The notes under the pieces: model-generated | What the model saw: the letters and a program-made list of their open reading frames with translations, nothing else | What the model was told of the DNA's origin: nothing | Databases searched by the model: none | Translations under genes and position numbers: made by a program | DNA from: Patescibacteria group bacterium | Lineage (GTDB): Bacteria; Patescibacteriota; Patescibacteriia; Buchananbacterales; SURF-54 | Reading direction: 5' to 3' | Assembly (NCBI GenBank): GCA_018818885.1 | Contig: JAHIRB010000007.1 | Location: forward strand, 18,357 to 82,356 | DNA length: 64,000 nt | In this document: one piece after another, positions 39,255 to 49,615 of the stretch | How the letters are laid out: each line of letters begins with the position of its first letter | Position numbering within the stretch: the first letter of the stretch is position 1

Positions 39255-40736
39255 ATGTACAAGTCCCAAAAAAATAAAAACAATAATTGGAAATTGGAAA
39301 TTGGAAATTGGAAATTTCAACAGAAGGGTGCTATACTTATAATGACAATGACCTTTACAGTTGTTTTTTTAATTATTGCTGGAGGTCTTATCGCCCTAAT
39401 AAATCAACAACAAAGATTAAATAGAATTAGAAAAGCTAAAGCACAAGCACTACATCTTGCAGAAGCTGGTGTAAATTATTACCGCTGGCATCTTGCGCAT
39501 GATCCCGATGATTATACCGATGGTACCGCTACTACCTGCAACGAAGAAACGAATCCATGTATTCATGATTATTTGCAAGGTGATACTATGGGTCAATTCT
39601 CATTAACCATTACGCCACCTTCCACTGGTTCAACAGTCGTAACAATTAAATCCACTGGCTGGGTAAATGATTTCGAAGATTATAAAAGAAGAGTTGTCGC
39701 AAAATACGGACTACCATCTTGGGCACGCTATGCTGTAGTTGCTAATGCAGATATGCGTTTTGGTGAAGGTACTATTGTCCATGGTCCATTACATTCTAAT
39801 GGTGGAGTTCGATTTGATGGTATTGCTTATAACGAAATTACTTCTGCCCAGGAAAGCTATAACGATCCAGATCATAGTGGTGGTAATGAGTTCGGAGTTC
39901 ATACACACGTAGACCCTACGGATCCTCTACCGCCCACAACCGTACCCGCTAGATTAGATGTATTTGCAGGAGGAAGAAGTTTTCCCACCCCTTCAATTGA
40001 TTTTAACGCCATTACGGTCGATCTAGCTATGCTAGAAGATGCAGCAGATGATGACGGTCTACATATCAAAAAATCTAATCAAGAAGGCTGGCACATTATA
40101 CTATCTCCAAATGGCACATTAGATTATAGAAAAGTTGATTCATTTGAATACTGTGGTAGTACTCCAACCGGAGGAGATTTAGATTATCAAGGTAATTGGA
40201 CAACCGATGAACCATTTCCCAACAATGGCATAATCTTTGTTTCAGATCATGTCTGGATTGATGGGAGTATAGATGGACACAGACTAACTATTGTAGCTGC
40301 AGAAGATCCACTAGCTTCTGGTGATGCTGATATTTGGATAAATACAAATTTAACATATACAAATTACAACGGAACTGATGCTATTGGCCTCATAGCGCAA
40401 AATGACATTAATATTGGTTTATATAGTGAAGATATTTTAAGAATTGATGGTGCACTTATTGCACAAAATGGACGAGTCGGTCGTTATCATTACTCTTCTT
40501 CGTGCGATCCAATTTATTACGACAGAGATACAATTACAGTTTTTGGTGCGATTGCGACAAATCAAAGATATGGATTTAAGTGGGTTTATGGAGACGGAAC
40601 CAAGGCATCAGGATATACAACCAGAAACCTAGATTTTGACGGTAATTTAACCTATGCTCCCCCACCTCTATTTCCCTCTACTGACACTTACGATTTTATT
40701 TCTTGGGAAGAGGTCTTAATAAACGAAACTTATTAA
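39255..40736 (+). CDS. PilX-like minor pilin
   Basis: QKG|AILI, ALHLAEAG, SWEE C-terminus. Confidence 0.8.
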   Translation: MYKSQKNKNNNWKLEIGNWKFQQKGAILIMTMTFTVVFLIIAGGLIALINQQQRLNRIRKAKAQALHLAEAGVNYYRWHLAHDPDDYTDGTATTCNEETNPCIHDYLQGDTMGQFSLTITPPSTGSTVVTIKSTGWVNDFEDYKRRVVAKYGLPSWARYAVVANADMRFGEGTIVHGPLHSNGGVRFDGIAYNEITSAQESYNDPDHSGGNEFGVHTHVDPTDPLPPTTVPARLDVFAGGRSFPTPSIDFNAITVDLAMLEDAADDDGLHIKKSNQEGWHIILSPNGTLDYRKVDSFEYCGSTPTGGDLDYQGNWTTDEPFPNNGIIFVSDHVWIDGSIDGHRLTIVAAEDPLASGDADIWINTNLTYTNYNGTDAIGLIAQNDINIGLYSEDILRIDGALIAQNGRVGRYHYSSSCDPIYYDRDTITVFGAIATNQRYGFKWVYGDGTKASGYTTRNLDFDGNLTYAPPPLFPSTDTYDFISWEEVLINETY

Positions 40737-40742
40737 CAAATA

Positions 40743-41798
40743 ATGTTTTCTCCTAACACAACTGCATTTGGTCTAGATATTTCTGACTTTGCAATAAGAC
40801 TAGTTAATCTAAGAAAGACTAGATCAAGTGTTAGCATTGAATCATTTAACGAACTGAAAGTGCCTGCAGGCTATATTGTTGATGGTGAAATCAAGGATGA
40901 AGAAAACGTAACAAAATTACTCAATAAATTACTACTGACTGCTCAAGGTAAAAAATTATTAAAAACTGAAGTTGTTTCTGTGCTACCGGAAACAAAAACC
41001 TTTATTAAAATAATCACTGTTAAAAAAACTGAAAAAAAAGAGCTACCCAAAGCTATCAAGTTGGAACTAAAAAAACATATACCAATTAATATCGAGGAAA
41101 TCTACTTGGATTGGCAAGTAATTTCTGAAAATGAAAAAACTATGAATGTATTAGCTGGTATTGCCCCTAAAGTAATTGTAGATTCATACCTAAATATTCT
41201 AAGAAAAGTTAATTTAATACCACTGGTCTTAGAAATTGAAGCTGCTGCAATTTCGCGTGCCTTAATTGCTGGTGACGATAAAGCTAAGATAATAATTGAT
41301 ATAGGAGCAGCACGAACCGGTTTAATTGTTTATGTCCATAACACGATCGTGCTTACTGTTAGCTTACCTATATCAGGAGAAAAAGTAACACAAGAAATTT
41401 CACAAACATTAAATATTGATTACCAGAAAGCAGAGAAAGCAAAATATGTCTGTGGACTAGATAAAACAAGATGTAAAGGAGCATTAAGGAAAATTCTTTT
41501 TAATTCTATGGATAATCTAGTCTTTGAAATAGATAAGGCAGTTGAATTTTACACAACCCACTTTCCACAAAGTGAAAAAATATCTCAAATTTATCTATGC
41601 GGCGGTGGAGCGTATCTAAAAAAAATTGACAAATATTTATCTCATCGCATAAAAATGGAAGTGATAACTGGCGACCCGCTTAGAACAATCAAAAAAGATA
41701 AACTAAAAGAAATAAAATTTCCTGTGAATCGTTCTCTTTCTTACACAACAGCTATCGGTCTTGCCTTACGTGGAGTTGATAAAAATAATTTATTATGA
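40743..41798 (+). CDS. pilM: Type IV pilus assembly protein PilM
   Basis: FGLDISD, IIDIGA, LCGGGA, AIGLALR. Confidence 0.92.
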   Translation: MFSPNTTAFGLDISDFAIRLVNLRKTRSSVSIESFNELKVPAGYIVDGEIKDEENVTKLLNKLLLTAQGKKLLKTEVVSVLPETKTFIKIITVKKTEKKELPKAIKLELKKHIPINIEEIYLDWQVISENEKTMNVLAGIAPKVIVDSYLNILRKVNLIPLVLEIEAAAISRALIAGDDKAKIIIDIGAARTGLIVYVHNTIVLTVSLPISGEKVTQEISQTLNIDYQKAEKAKYVCGLDKTRCKGALRKILFNSMDNLVFEIDKAVEFYTTHFPQSEKISQIYLCGGGAYLKKIDKYLSHRIKMEVITGDPLRTIKKDKLKEIKFPVNRSLSYTTAIGLALRGVDKNNLL

Positions 41799-42334
41799 TT
41801 ACTCTTAATTTAATATCACCAGTACAAAAAAAAGAATTGAAGTTGATTCGTGCTTTTTTGATATTAAAAAACGTAATAATATATTTACTACTTTTCTTAA
41901 TCCTAACAGCAATTATTCTTCTTTTCTCTAAGCTTATTCTTCAAAATAATTTTAATCGTGTTATTGCAGAATTTAATCTTAATAATCAAACAGGGACTAT
42001 TTTCACCCAAGACATCAAACAATTTAACCAAAAAATAAAAGTTATAGAATCTGTACAAAACAGTTACATCTCCTGGTCCGAACCAATTGTTTATTGGTTA
42101 AATTTAATGCCAAAAAACGTTGTCCTTAACTCATTAATTATTAATAAAGAAAAACAAATTATACAAATTTCTGGCAGAGCTTTGAATAGAGCTGCACTAC
42201 TTGAGATGGAACAAGCATTAATGCAAGCAGAATGCATACAAAATTTATGTATGGAAGAAATTGATATTCCAATTTCACAAAAAATATTAAAAGAAAATAT
42301 TGATTTTCAAGTATCTGCAAAATTAATCATTTAA
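41795..42334 (+). CDS. pilN: PilN-like protein
   Basis: LNLI motif plus TM helix; follows pilM. Confidence 0.75.
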   Translation: MITLNLISPVQKKELKLIRAFLILKNVIIYLLLFLILTAIILLFSKLILQNNFNRVIAEFNLNNQTGTIFTQDIKQFNQKIKVIESVQNSYISWSEPIVYWLNLMPKNVVLNSLIINKEKQIIQISGRALNRAALLEMEQALMQAECIQNLCMEEIDIPISQKILKENIDFQVSAKLII

Positions 42335-42339
42335 AAATA

Positions 42340-42867
42340 ATGAATATCGTAAAAAAATTTATAATATATTTAGTGATTGTAATCATTATTTATGTGTCAA
42401 TAATATTTTTTGTTATTATCCCAACAACAAGCGACATTCAGGCAATCAGTGACCAAATATATAACGAAAGAATTGACCTTGAAAAAAGATACAAAAAGGG
42501 TCAGTTGATAAAACAACTAGTTGAAGATTTTAGAAAAATTAAACCACAACAAGATCGATTAGAATTAATATTTGTTAAAGAAAGTGAAATTCTTAATTTT
42601 GTAACTAGCTTAGAAAATCTAGCTAATAATAATAATATTGATTTAAGCATAAAGCTTAAAGAAATCGAAAACACTAATAACATAGCTAGCATGCCTTTAG
42701 ACTTAACTATTGGAGGAAGCTATCAGAATGTCATTGCATATTTAAATGATATTGAAAAACAAGATTATTATTTTAGTATAGATAGTATAAGAATTAATAG
42801 TGCCGGGCAAACTGCTGGAATTATCAACTTATTTGTGCATGGCGATATTTTTATTGAATTAGAATAA
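42340..42867 (+). CDS. pilO: PilO-like protein
   Basis: TM, coiled coil, GSY...YL..IE; follows pilN. Confidence 0.75.
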   Translation: MNIVKKFIIYLVIVIIIYVSIIFFVIIPTTSDIQAISDQIYNERIDLEKRYKKGQLIKQLVEDFRKIKPQQDRLELIFVKESEILNFVTSLENLANNNNIDLSIKLKEIENTNNIASMPLDLTIGGSYQNVIAYLNDIEKQDYYFSIDSIRINSAGQTAGIINLFVHGDIFIELE

Positions 42868-42872
42868 TAACT

Positions 42873-43202
42873 ATGAAGCTTAATATAAAAAAAATAAAAG
42901 TCGGACTCAACATTAACATTATATACAAGCTAATTTATCCAGTAATGTTGATCGTGATACTTGTTGGAGTAGGTTTTTTAATGATATTTCTTTATAATGA
43001 CATTTACAAAACAATCACACATGCGGAGGAAGTATCAATACTTAGAACTGAGGTTGCACCAGAAGTTTTTCAAATAAAAACTTTCGAAGGTGTTATGGAA
43101 AATCTAGACCAAAAAACTACAAAAGCCTCAATTGATAAATCATTAATAAAAAATGTTTTTACCATTCCTCCTGTCGAAATACTAAAACCAGAAATACAAT
43201 AA
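42873..43202 (+). CDS. Hypothetical membrane protein, last gene of pil operon
   Basis: Single TM helix; operon position. Confidence 0.7.
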   Translation: MKLNIKKIKVGLNINIIYKLIYPVMLIVILVGVGFLMIFLYNDIYKTITHAEEVSILRTEVAPEVFQIKTFEGVMENLDQKTTKASIDKSLIKNVFTIPPVEILKPEIQ

Positions 43203-43255
43203 ATTTATAATATAAAAAAAACAGTGACAAATAAACGGAACTGTTTTTTAAAATA

Positions 43256-44425
43256 CTATTTAATTGGTGACATTTGGCGAAGTCTTTGTATGATCTTTGG
43301 TAATATTCTGATTAATCTATCAACTTCATTCTTAGTGTTCTGCTTTCCCAGTGTGATGCGTAAACTACCATGAGCTAAATCATTTGGTATTTGCATTGAA
43401 GTAAGCACATGTGAAGGCTCCAGCGAACCAGAAGAGCAAGCAGAACCAGTTGATACTGCGAAACCTTCCATATCAAGCATTAACATTACACTTTCTCCTT
43501 CTGCATTTTTGAATGAAAAATTAACATTAGAAGCTACTCTATTTTTTATGTCGCCATTAACTTTAGTGTTTGGAATTTTTTTACTAATTTCTTTAATCAA
43601 ATAATCTCGAAGTTTTTTAATTTTTTGATTATTTTTCTTACCTACTTTGACTAATTCAATAGCTCTTCCTAGCCCAACGATACCTACAACATTATAAGTT
43701 CCTGGACGAATACCTAGTTCGTGATGACCGCCATATTCTATTGGTTTGAGTTTGATATTTTTTTTGATATAAAGTACCCCAACACCTTTTGGTCCATAAA
43801 TTTTATGTCCAGAAATTGATAATAAATCTACACCTAGTTTATTGACATTCATTTCGCAATAGTTGACTGCTTGGACTGCATCAGTATGGAAATATATTCT
43901 ATTTTTTCTTTTAGTATTTAATTGATCAACTAATTTACCTATTTCAGAAATTGGTTGAATGGTACCTACCTCGTTATTTACATACATCACAGAAATTAAT
44001 ATTGTATTGGGTTTAATTGCTCGTTTAATATCATTTACTTTGACTATCCCCTTTTTGGTGACAGGCACATAAGTAACTCCCACACCTTGTTTTTCTAAAT
44101 CTCGGCATACTTCGAGTATTGCGGGGTGTTCAATTTGTGTAGTAACAATATGCGGATTATTTATTTTTGAAGCTTTTACTATCCCCTGCAATGCAATATT
44201 ATCTGCCTCTGTTGCGCCTGAGGTAAAAATAACTTCTTCTGGCAGACAGTTTAGAAACTTAGCTATCGAAAGTCTTGATTGATCAATTGCCTTAGCTGCT
44301 ATCTGACCAAAAGAATGCATAGACGAAGCATTGCCATAATCTTTTGTAAAATATGGTTTCATCGCCTCAAAAACCCATTGGTCTAATGGCGTAGTTGCAG
44401 AATGATCAAAATAAATCTTTGGCAT
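43256..44425 (-). CDS. iscS: Cysteine desulfurase IscS/NifS
   Basis: YFDHSATT, HTDAVQ, SGHKIYGPKG, STGSACSS. Confidence 0.95.
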   Translation of the reverse strand: MPKIYFDHSATTPLDQWVFEAMKPYFTKDYGNASSMHSFGQIAAKAIDQSRLSIAKFLNCLPEEVIFTSGATEADNIALQGIVKASKINNPHIVTTQIEHPAILEVCRDLEKQGVGVTYVPVTKKGIVKVNDIKRAIKPNTILISVMYVNNEVGTIQPISEIGKLVDQLNTKRKNRIYFHTDAVQAVNYCEMNVNKLGVDLLSISGHKIYGPKGVGVLYIKKNIKLKPIEYGGHHELGIRPGTYNVVGIVGLGRAIELVKVGKKNNQKIKKLRDYLIKEISKKIPNTKVNGDIKNRVASNVNFSFKNAEGESVMLMLDMEGFAVSTGSACSSGSLEPSHVLTSMQIPNDLAHGSLRITLGKQNTKNEVDRLIRILPKIIQRLRQMSPIK

Positions 44426-44428
44426 AAC

Positions 44429-44653
44429 TTAAACTCCAACAACTTCTTTTACGCCTTTAACTTTTTCTTTGAGTACTCTACCGATGCCTTCTTTAAGTGT
44501 CACTTCTGACATCGGGCAATGTGTACATGCTCCTTTAAGCTGTACTTTAACTACTCCTGTTTTTTCGTCTACATCAATTAACTCTACATCGCCTCCATCG
44601 GCTTGTATGGTTGGTCGAATTTCTTCGATCACTTTTATTACTTCATCCTTCAT
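44429..44653 (-). CDS. NifU C-terminal (Nfu) domain protein
   Basis: IRPTIQADGGDVEL, GACTHCP. Confidence 0.93.
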   Translation of the reverse strand: MKDEVIKVIEEIRPTIQADGGDVELIDVDEKTGVVKVQLKGACTHCPMSEVTLKEGIGRVLKEKVKGVKEVVGV

Positions 44654-44680
44654 ATTTTTGTTACTTAGTTAATAGATTAT

Positions 44681-45055
44681 TTAGTTAATGACTTTACTTT
44701 GATAATTATATATTGCCTCAGCTAAAGCTTCGTGCGCTAAAACAGAACAATGGATCTTAGATGTTGGTAAATTTCCAAGTTTTTTGACAATATCAGCTTT
44801 AGAAATATTTTTTGCTTTTTCCAATGGTTGACCTTTTGCCATATCAGTTAGTATGGACGAACATGCTATGGCAGCTGCGCAACCTAACGTCTCAAACTTT
44901 ATATCAATAATTTTATCGTCCTTGACTTTAATGTAAACTTTCATCATGTCACCGCACATTGGATTCCCAGTTTCCCCTACTCCATCAGCATTTTTAATAA
45001 CTCCCTGGTTGTGAGGATTTTTAAAATGATCCATTACAATTTTTGAATATTGCAT
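44681..45055 (-). CDS. iscU: Fe-S scaffold IscU/NifU-N
   Basis: DHFKNPHN, NPMCGD, GCAAA, KIHCS. Confidence 0.94.
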   Translation of the reverse strand: MQYSKIVMDHFKNPHNQGVIKNADGVGETGNPMCGDMMKVYIKVKDDKIIDIKFETLGCAAAIACSSILTDMAKGQPLEKAKNISKADIVKKLGNLPTSKIHCSVLAHEALAEAIYNYQSKVIN

Positions 45056-45056
45056 A

Positions 45057-45458
45057 TTATTTATATAAATCAGTAAGTTTTGTAGATTCAAGTGATTTCT
45101 TAATACTTTTTTTTACATTTATCCACATATTTTTTGTCAAACAATCCTTTTTAGTGCAACAACGTGCATCAGCATCAGAGACACAATAGAATGGTGCTAA
45201 ACTGCCTTCGGTTGCTTCTATGACATCTGCTGCGGATATCAAATTTGGTTTTTTAGTCAAAATATACCCACCTTTAACACCCTTAGTACTTTTTACTAAG
45301 TTATTTGCTTTTAATTTAGCGATTAATTGTTCTAAATATTCTTTTGAAATCTTTTCTTCTTTTGCTATTTTAGCCAAGGAGATTGGCTCTTTGCCATAGT
45401 GCTTTGCCAAGTTAATCATTGCTTTCAAAGAATATTCAGCTTTAGTAGAAAATTGCAT
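45057..45458 (-). CDS. Rrf2 family regulator (IscR-like)
   Basis: STKAEY, YLEQL, KGVKGGY, C-terminal cysteines. Confidence 0.92.
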   Translation of the reverse strand: MQFSTKAEYSLKAMINLAKHYGKEPISLAKIAKEEKISKEYLEQLIAKLKANNLVKSTKGVKGGYILTKKPNLISAADVIEATEGSLAPFYCVSDADARCCTKKDCLTKNMWINVKKSIKKSLESTKLTDLYK

Positions 45459-45459
45459 C

Positions 45460-45490
45460 ATAAATACCAAGTAGATTACTTGGTATTTAT
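45460..45490. promoter_or_regulatory. Putative Rrf2 operator
   Basis: Perfect 14-bp inverted repeat ATAAATACCAAGTA-gat-TACTTGGTATTTAT between TTGACA (45511-45516) and the rrf2 start. Confidence 0.7.
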
Positions 45491-45547
45491 ATTAACATAT
45501 ATAAAATTGCTGTCAACCCCACCTCTCGCGAGAGGATGGGTCAAGCT

Positions 45548-46369
45548 CTATGGCCTCTCAACAATTATCATTACTTTTTTGCCTGAGTTCATTTCGTTAT
45601 CGCTCATTCCACCTTCTGCTAATCCATGGTTCCAATTATGTATAGCAGCTAGTAACACATCGTATTTATATTTAAAACCTTCGCCATTTCTGGTTCCAGG
45701 ATCATTAGTTATGAATTCATCTTCATCAAAACCTCTAATCATAAGCATATGAAAGATTGGACCAGGATAATGAAAGTTCGGATTACCTAAAAGCCGTCCT
45801 GCTGCTGGAACAAGAATTAATTTTTCTTGTTGTAAAATTTCTTTAATATTTTTTACAGTTACTTCTGTTGATATTGTTGAATCAAAACCAAAATATTCTT
45901 TAAGAATGGTTTTTGTTTCTAGCGCAGTTAAATCTACATTATATTCTCTTTCTTCTTCCCATGCTACAAGTGCTTGAATTTCACGTTCCATAATAATTGC
46001 GTCTAGCGATTCGCCATTGTAATGCTTTACTGCCATTATCATGGAGGCCTCTTCACAAGCTTCATCATGCAAATAATCCCAAATTGCAAATGGTGCTTGA
46101 GGAACAAAAGTAACATTTTGATCAAAATTATCCAAAATATTTTCTCTTTTTATGTCTTCGATTTGATCTATCTCTTTAATTATTACTACTTCTTTTTTAT
46201 CCTCTATTTCATTTTGCATATCAGTAGGTTCTGTGATTGCATCGTCTATGTCACCTTGAGAGTTTACCACTATATTTTGCTGAATTACATCAATAGAAAG
46301 ATGACTGGCTGCAGAACTTGCACAACCAGTCAAAAATAACAATGCTATGAGCAACAGGATTTTTTTCAT
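45548..46369 (-). CDS. Lipoprotein, peptidase C39-like
   Basis: LTGC lipobox, QAP, ACEEAS, HML, NDPGT. Confidence 0.8.
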   Translation of the reverse strand: MKKILLLIALLFLTGCASSAASHLSIDVIQQNIVVNSQGDIDDAITEPTDMQNEIEDKKEVVIIKEIDQIEDIKRENILDNFDQNVTFVPQAPFAIWDYLHDEACEEASMIMAVKHYNGESLDAIIMEREIQALVAWEEEREYNVDLTALETKTILKEYFGFDSTISTEVTVKNIKEILQQEKLILVPAAGRLLGNPNFHYPGPIFHMLMIRGFDEDEFITNDPGTRNGEGFKYKYDVLLAAIHNWNHGLAEGGMSDNEMNSGKKVMIIVERP

Positions 46370-46371
46370 AG

Positions 46372-46587
46372 TTATTCCTTTTCTTCTTTTTGACTTCTCA
46401 ATTCGTTAGACTTTTTTCTGCCTTGTTCAGATATTTCTAAAGTATCCTTAACTTCAGTCATTCCCTCAACAATCTCATCTACAGTAGAATCATCAACGAT
46501 ACGACCAGTTTGTTTCATATCTTTGCCGGTACCATCAACTATTCTTTCGGGTGGTACTATTCTTAATTTTTCGATTCCTCTTCCCAT
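46372..46587 (-). CDS. Small hypothetical protein
   Basis: Strong GGAGG SD before MGRGIEK. Confidence 0.6.
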   Translation of the reverse strand: MGRGIEKLRIVPPERIVDGTGKDMKQTGRIVDDSTVDEIVEGMTEVKDTLEISEQGRKKSNELRSQKEEKE

Positions 46588-46721
46588 AATATTTCTCCTC
46601 CCTCCCATAATTAGTTCAATAAATATAACATATTTAAAAATTCTTGACAACATTATAAAATTGATATATACTATTTTTATCCTAAAAACTTATTACTTAC
46701 TTTAAAACTTACTACTAAACT

Positions 46722-47003
46722 ATGGCACATAAAAAAGCAGGCGGTTCCACAACTTATGGCCGCGATTCTACTTCAAAAAGACTAGGGATAAAACTTTACG
46801 CTGGCCAGCAAGCAAAAACTGGCAGTATTTTAGTGCGACAACGTGGTTCTAAACTTCGAGCTGGAGAAAATGTTAAAAAAGGCGGAGATGATACCTTATT
46901 TGCCACAACTTCTGGAATTGTAAAGTTTACCAAAAAGAAAATACGTAAGTACGACAATCGTCTTGAATGGGCAAAAATTGTAAACATTATTCCAAAAAAA
47001 TAA
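46722..47003 (+). CDS. rpmA: 50S ribosomal protein L27
   Basis: [20 protein letters not shown]. Confidence 0.97.
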   Translation: MAHKKAGGSTTYGRDSTSKRLGIKLYAGQQAKTGSILVRQRGSKLRAGENVKKGGDDTLFATTSGIVKFTKKKIRKYDNRLEWAKIVNIIPKK

Positions 47004-47061
47004 TCAGTCACTATATAAAAAAACGATCCCTAAATTTGGGATTGTTTTTTATTGTCTATCT

Positions 47062-48714
47062 TTATTTTCTGCTAGAGGCAGATCCGCCTTTGGCGTGTTT
47101 CTTGGCCGATTTTATAAATTCTACAAAAAGAGGATGTGGGTTTAGTGGGCGTGACCTAAATTCAGGATGGAATTGCACACCAACAAAAAATTTATGCTTA
47201 GGAATTTCCACTATTTCTACTAATTTTTTATCTGGCGAAAGACCAGCTAAAAGTAATCCTTTTTTAGTTAGTCTATCTCTATAAGCATTGTTAAATTCAT
47301 ATCTATGGCGATGACGTTCGTCAATTCTTTTTTTACCATAAGCTATAAAGCTTCTAGATTTTTTTGCTAAGACGCAAGGGTAACTGCCTAACCTCATGGT
47401 ATTTCCGTACTGTTTCTTAGCAAGCTTTTCTACTTGCTCTTCCATAATGTGAATAACCGGATGCTTTGTTTTTGGTTTTATCTCTGTACTATTAGCATCT
47501 TTTAATTTGGCAACATTACGAGCAAATTCAATTGTTGCCAGCTGCATACCATAACATAAACCGAAATAAGGAATATTGTTTTCACGTGCATATTTGATGG
47601 CTTTTATTTTTCCTTCTATACCTCTGCTGCCAAATCCTCCAGGTACAATTATGCCATCATAATTTTTAAGTTCCTTAACTTTAGCAGGATTTTTTTCGTA
47701 TTCATCTGAATTGACCCACTCGATAACTGGTTTAACTTTATTAGCCCAGGCTGCATGCTTTAACGACTCAATAACCGAAATATATGAATCAGCTAAAATA
47801 AAAGCGCCAGTTGCAAAATACTTGCCAACCATTGCAATCTTAACTTCTTTTTTAACTGATTTAGCCGTTCTAACTAATTTCTTCCAATCACCAAGATCCT
47901 TTTTTGGTTTTGCTTTCAAACCTAGTTTGGCAATTATTTTTTGGCTTAAGTTTTCTTTTTCAAAATTGATAGGTACTTCGTAAATTGAATCAACATCTGG
48001 AGCAGAAATTACATCTTGTGGCAAAACATTGCCAAAAACTGAAAGCTTTTGTCTGCGCTTTTCGTCTAGGGGTTTGGCAGATCTGCACAAAATAAAATCA
48101 GGTTGAATACCTGCTGAATTAAGAGTTCTTATTGCATACTGCGTTGGTTTTGTCTTCATCTCCCCTATTGTGCCGGGGATAGGAAGATAACTCACCATTA
48201 TAAATTGAACATCCAAAGGATTTTTTAAATGCATCATTCTAGCTGCTTCTAAAAACAAAATATTCTGATACTCTCCAACAGTTCCACCGACTTCGATTAT
48301 AGTAATATCTGCCTTAGATTTTAAGGCAGCTTTTTTTATTCTTCTAATTATTTCTTCTGGAATATGCGGTACAACTTCTACACATTTTCCGTTATATTCT
48401 AAATTTCTTTCTTTATGAATTACAGACTCGTAAATTCTACCGGTAGTCATATAATTTGCTCGGTATATATCTTGGTTTAAAAAACGTTCATAATTTCCAA
48501 TATCTTGATCAGTTTCGTCTCCATCTTCTGTTACAAAAACTTCACCGTGTTCAGTTGGGTTCATTGTACCTGCATCAACGTTTACATATGGATCAATTTT
48601 GATGGCAGTTACTTTATATCCTCTAGCCTGTAAAATTTTTCCTATTGATGCTGACGCTACTCCTTTACCCACACCTGACATCACGCCACCAACTACAAAA
48701 ATATATTTTGACAT
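47062..48714 (-). CDS. pyrG: CTP synthase
   Basis: GGVMSGVGKG, KTKPTQ, GLCYGMQ, QFHPE. Confidence 0.98.
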   Translation of the reverse strand: MSKYIFVVGGVMSGVGKGVASASIGKILQARGYKVTAIKIDPYVNVDAGTMNPTEHGEVFVTEDGDETDQDIGNYERFLNQDIYRANYMTTGRIYESVIHKERNLEYNGKCVEVVPHIPEEIIRRIKKAALKSKADITIIEVGGTVGEYQNILFLEAARMMHLKNPLDVQFIMVSYLPIPGTIGEMKTKPTQYAIRTLNSAGIQPDFILCRSAKPLDEKRRQKLSVFGNVLPQDVISAPDVDSIYEVPINFEKENLSQKIIAKLGLKAKPKKDLGDWKKLVRTAKSVKKEVKIAMVGKYFATGAFILADSYISVIESLKHAAWANKVKPVIEWVNSDEYEKNPAKVKELKNYDGIIVPGGFGSRGIEGKIKAIKYARENNIPYFGLCYGMQLATIEFARNVAKLKDANSTEIKPKTKHPVIHIMEEQVEKLAKKQYGNTMRLGSYPCVLAKKSRSFIAYGKKRIDERHRHRYEFNNAYRDRLTKKGLLLAGLSPDKKLVEIVEIPKHKFFVGVQFHPEFRSRPLNPHPLFVEFIKSAKKHAKGGSASSRK

Positions 48715-48810
48715 TTTTGTTTAATTAATTATAGTTATTATAGTTATTATAGCGATAATAGTTTAAAATAATATCTCTACATCCACTCTAATCGCTCTAA
48801 TCTTTCTAAC

Positions 48811-49257
48811 TTATTCCTCTAGTTTATTTACAATGATAGTAATTCTAGCCTCTAAGCCATGTGGCAGGTTTAGTATTACTTCATGTTCACCTACTTCTTT
48901 AATATGTTCAACAAGAATTTGATCTTTAGAAACCTCAAAACCTTTTTCTTTGAGGACAGATACGATTTTTGACGAAGTTATTGATCCAAATAAAGTTCCT
49001 TCGTCTGATGCTTTTGCAAAAATTTCGACTTCTTGGCCATCTATATTTTGAGCTAATTGTTCTGTTTTGACCAAATCTGCTTCTGCAATTTTGGCTTGTT
49101 TTTCTTTTTGTGCCTTTACTTCTTTAATAACTTCTGGTGTTGCGACTTTTGCTAATTCTTTAGGAAATAAAAAGTTTCTGGCATATCCGATATTAACATC
49201 GATAATATCGCCAGCTTCGCCTAATTTTTCTACATTTCTTAGTAAGATTACTTGCAT
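48811..49257 (-). CDS. rplI: 50S ribosomal protein L9
   Basis: MQVILL, GYARNFLFP, LFGSIT. Confidence 0.96.
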   Translation of the reverse strand: MQVILLRNVEKLGEAGDIIDVNIGYARNFLFPKELAKVATPEVIKEVKAQKEKQAKIAEADLVKTEQLAQNIDGQEVEIFAKASDEGTLFGSITSSKIVSVLKEKGFEVSKDQILVEHIKEVGEHEVILNLPHGLEARITIIVNKLEE

Positions 49258-49339
49258 AGCTTTTTTCATATTCCTCAATAAGTATATAAAAAAAAAGACT
49301 ATATTGCAAGAAATGCCTTTTATAAAATGTCAATAATAG

Positions 49340-49615
49340 CTAATGTTTAATATTAAAGTCTGAAAATTCACCTGTAACTTGAGAAAAATCTACCTGAACC
49401 TGTTTAACATTGGCTGATTTTACACCATCTTCACACCATTGCGCTAAACATTTGAGCTTCTCTTCTTCTCCTTCAGCAATTATTATAACACTACCATCTG
49501 GTTCATTTTTGACATATCCAGTTATTTTTAGATACTTAGCTTTTTCTACTGTATTTATCCGATAGCAGACATCCTGAACATTACCAGTAATTCTAATTTC
49601 TGCTTGTTTCTTCAT
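49340..49615 (-). CDS. acyP: Acylphosphatase
   Basis: [20 protein letters not shown]. Confidence 0.9.
   Translation of the reverse strand: MKKQAEIRITGNVQDVCYRINTVEKAKYLKITGYVKNEPDGSVIIIAEGEEEKLKCLAQWCEDGVKSANVKQVQVDFSQVTGEFSDFNIKH

Noticed and set aside
46372-46450. DTLEISEQG resembling the FlgM N-terminal motif
   Set aside because: The match is too short and there is no flagellar context.
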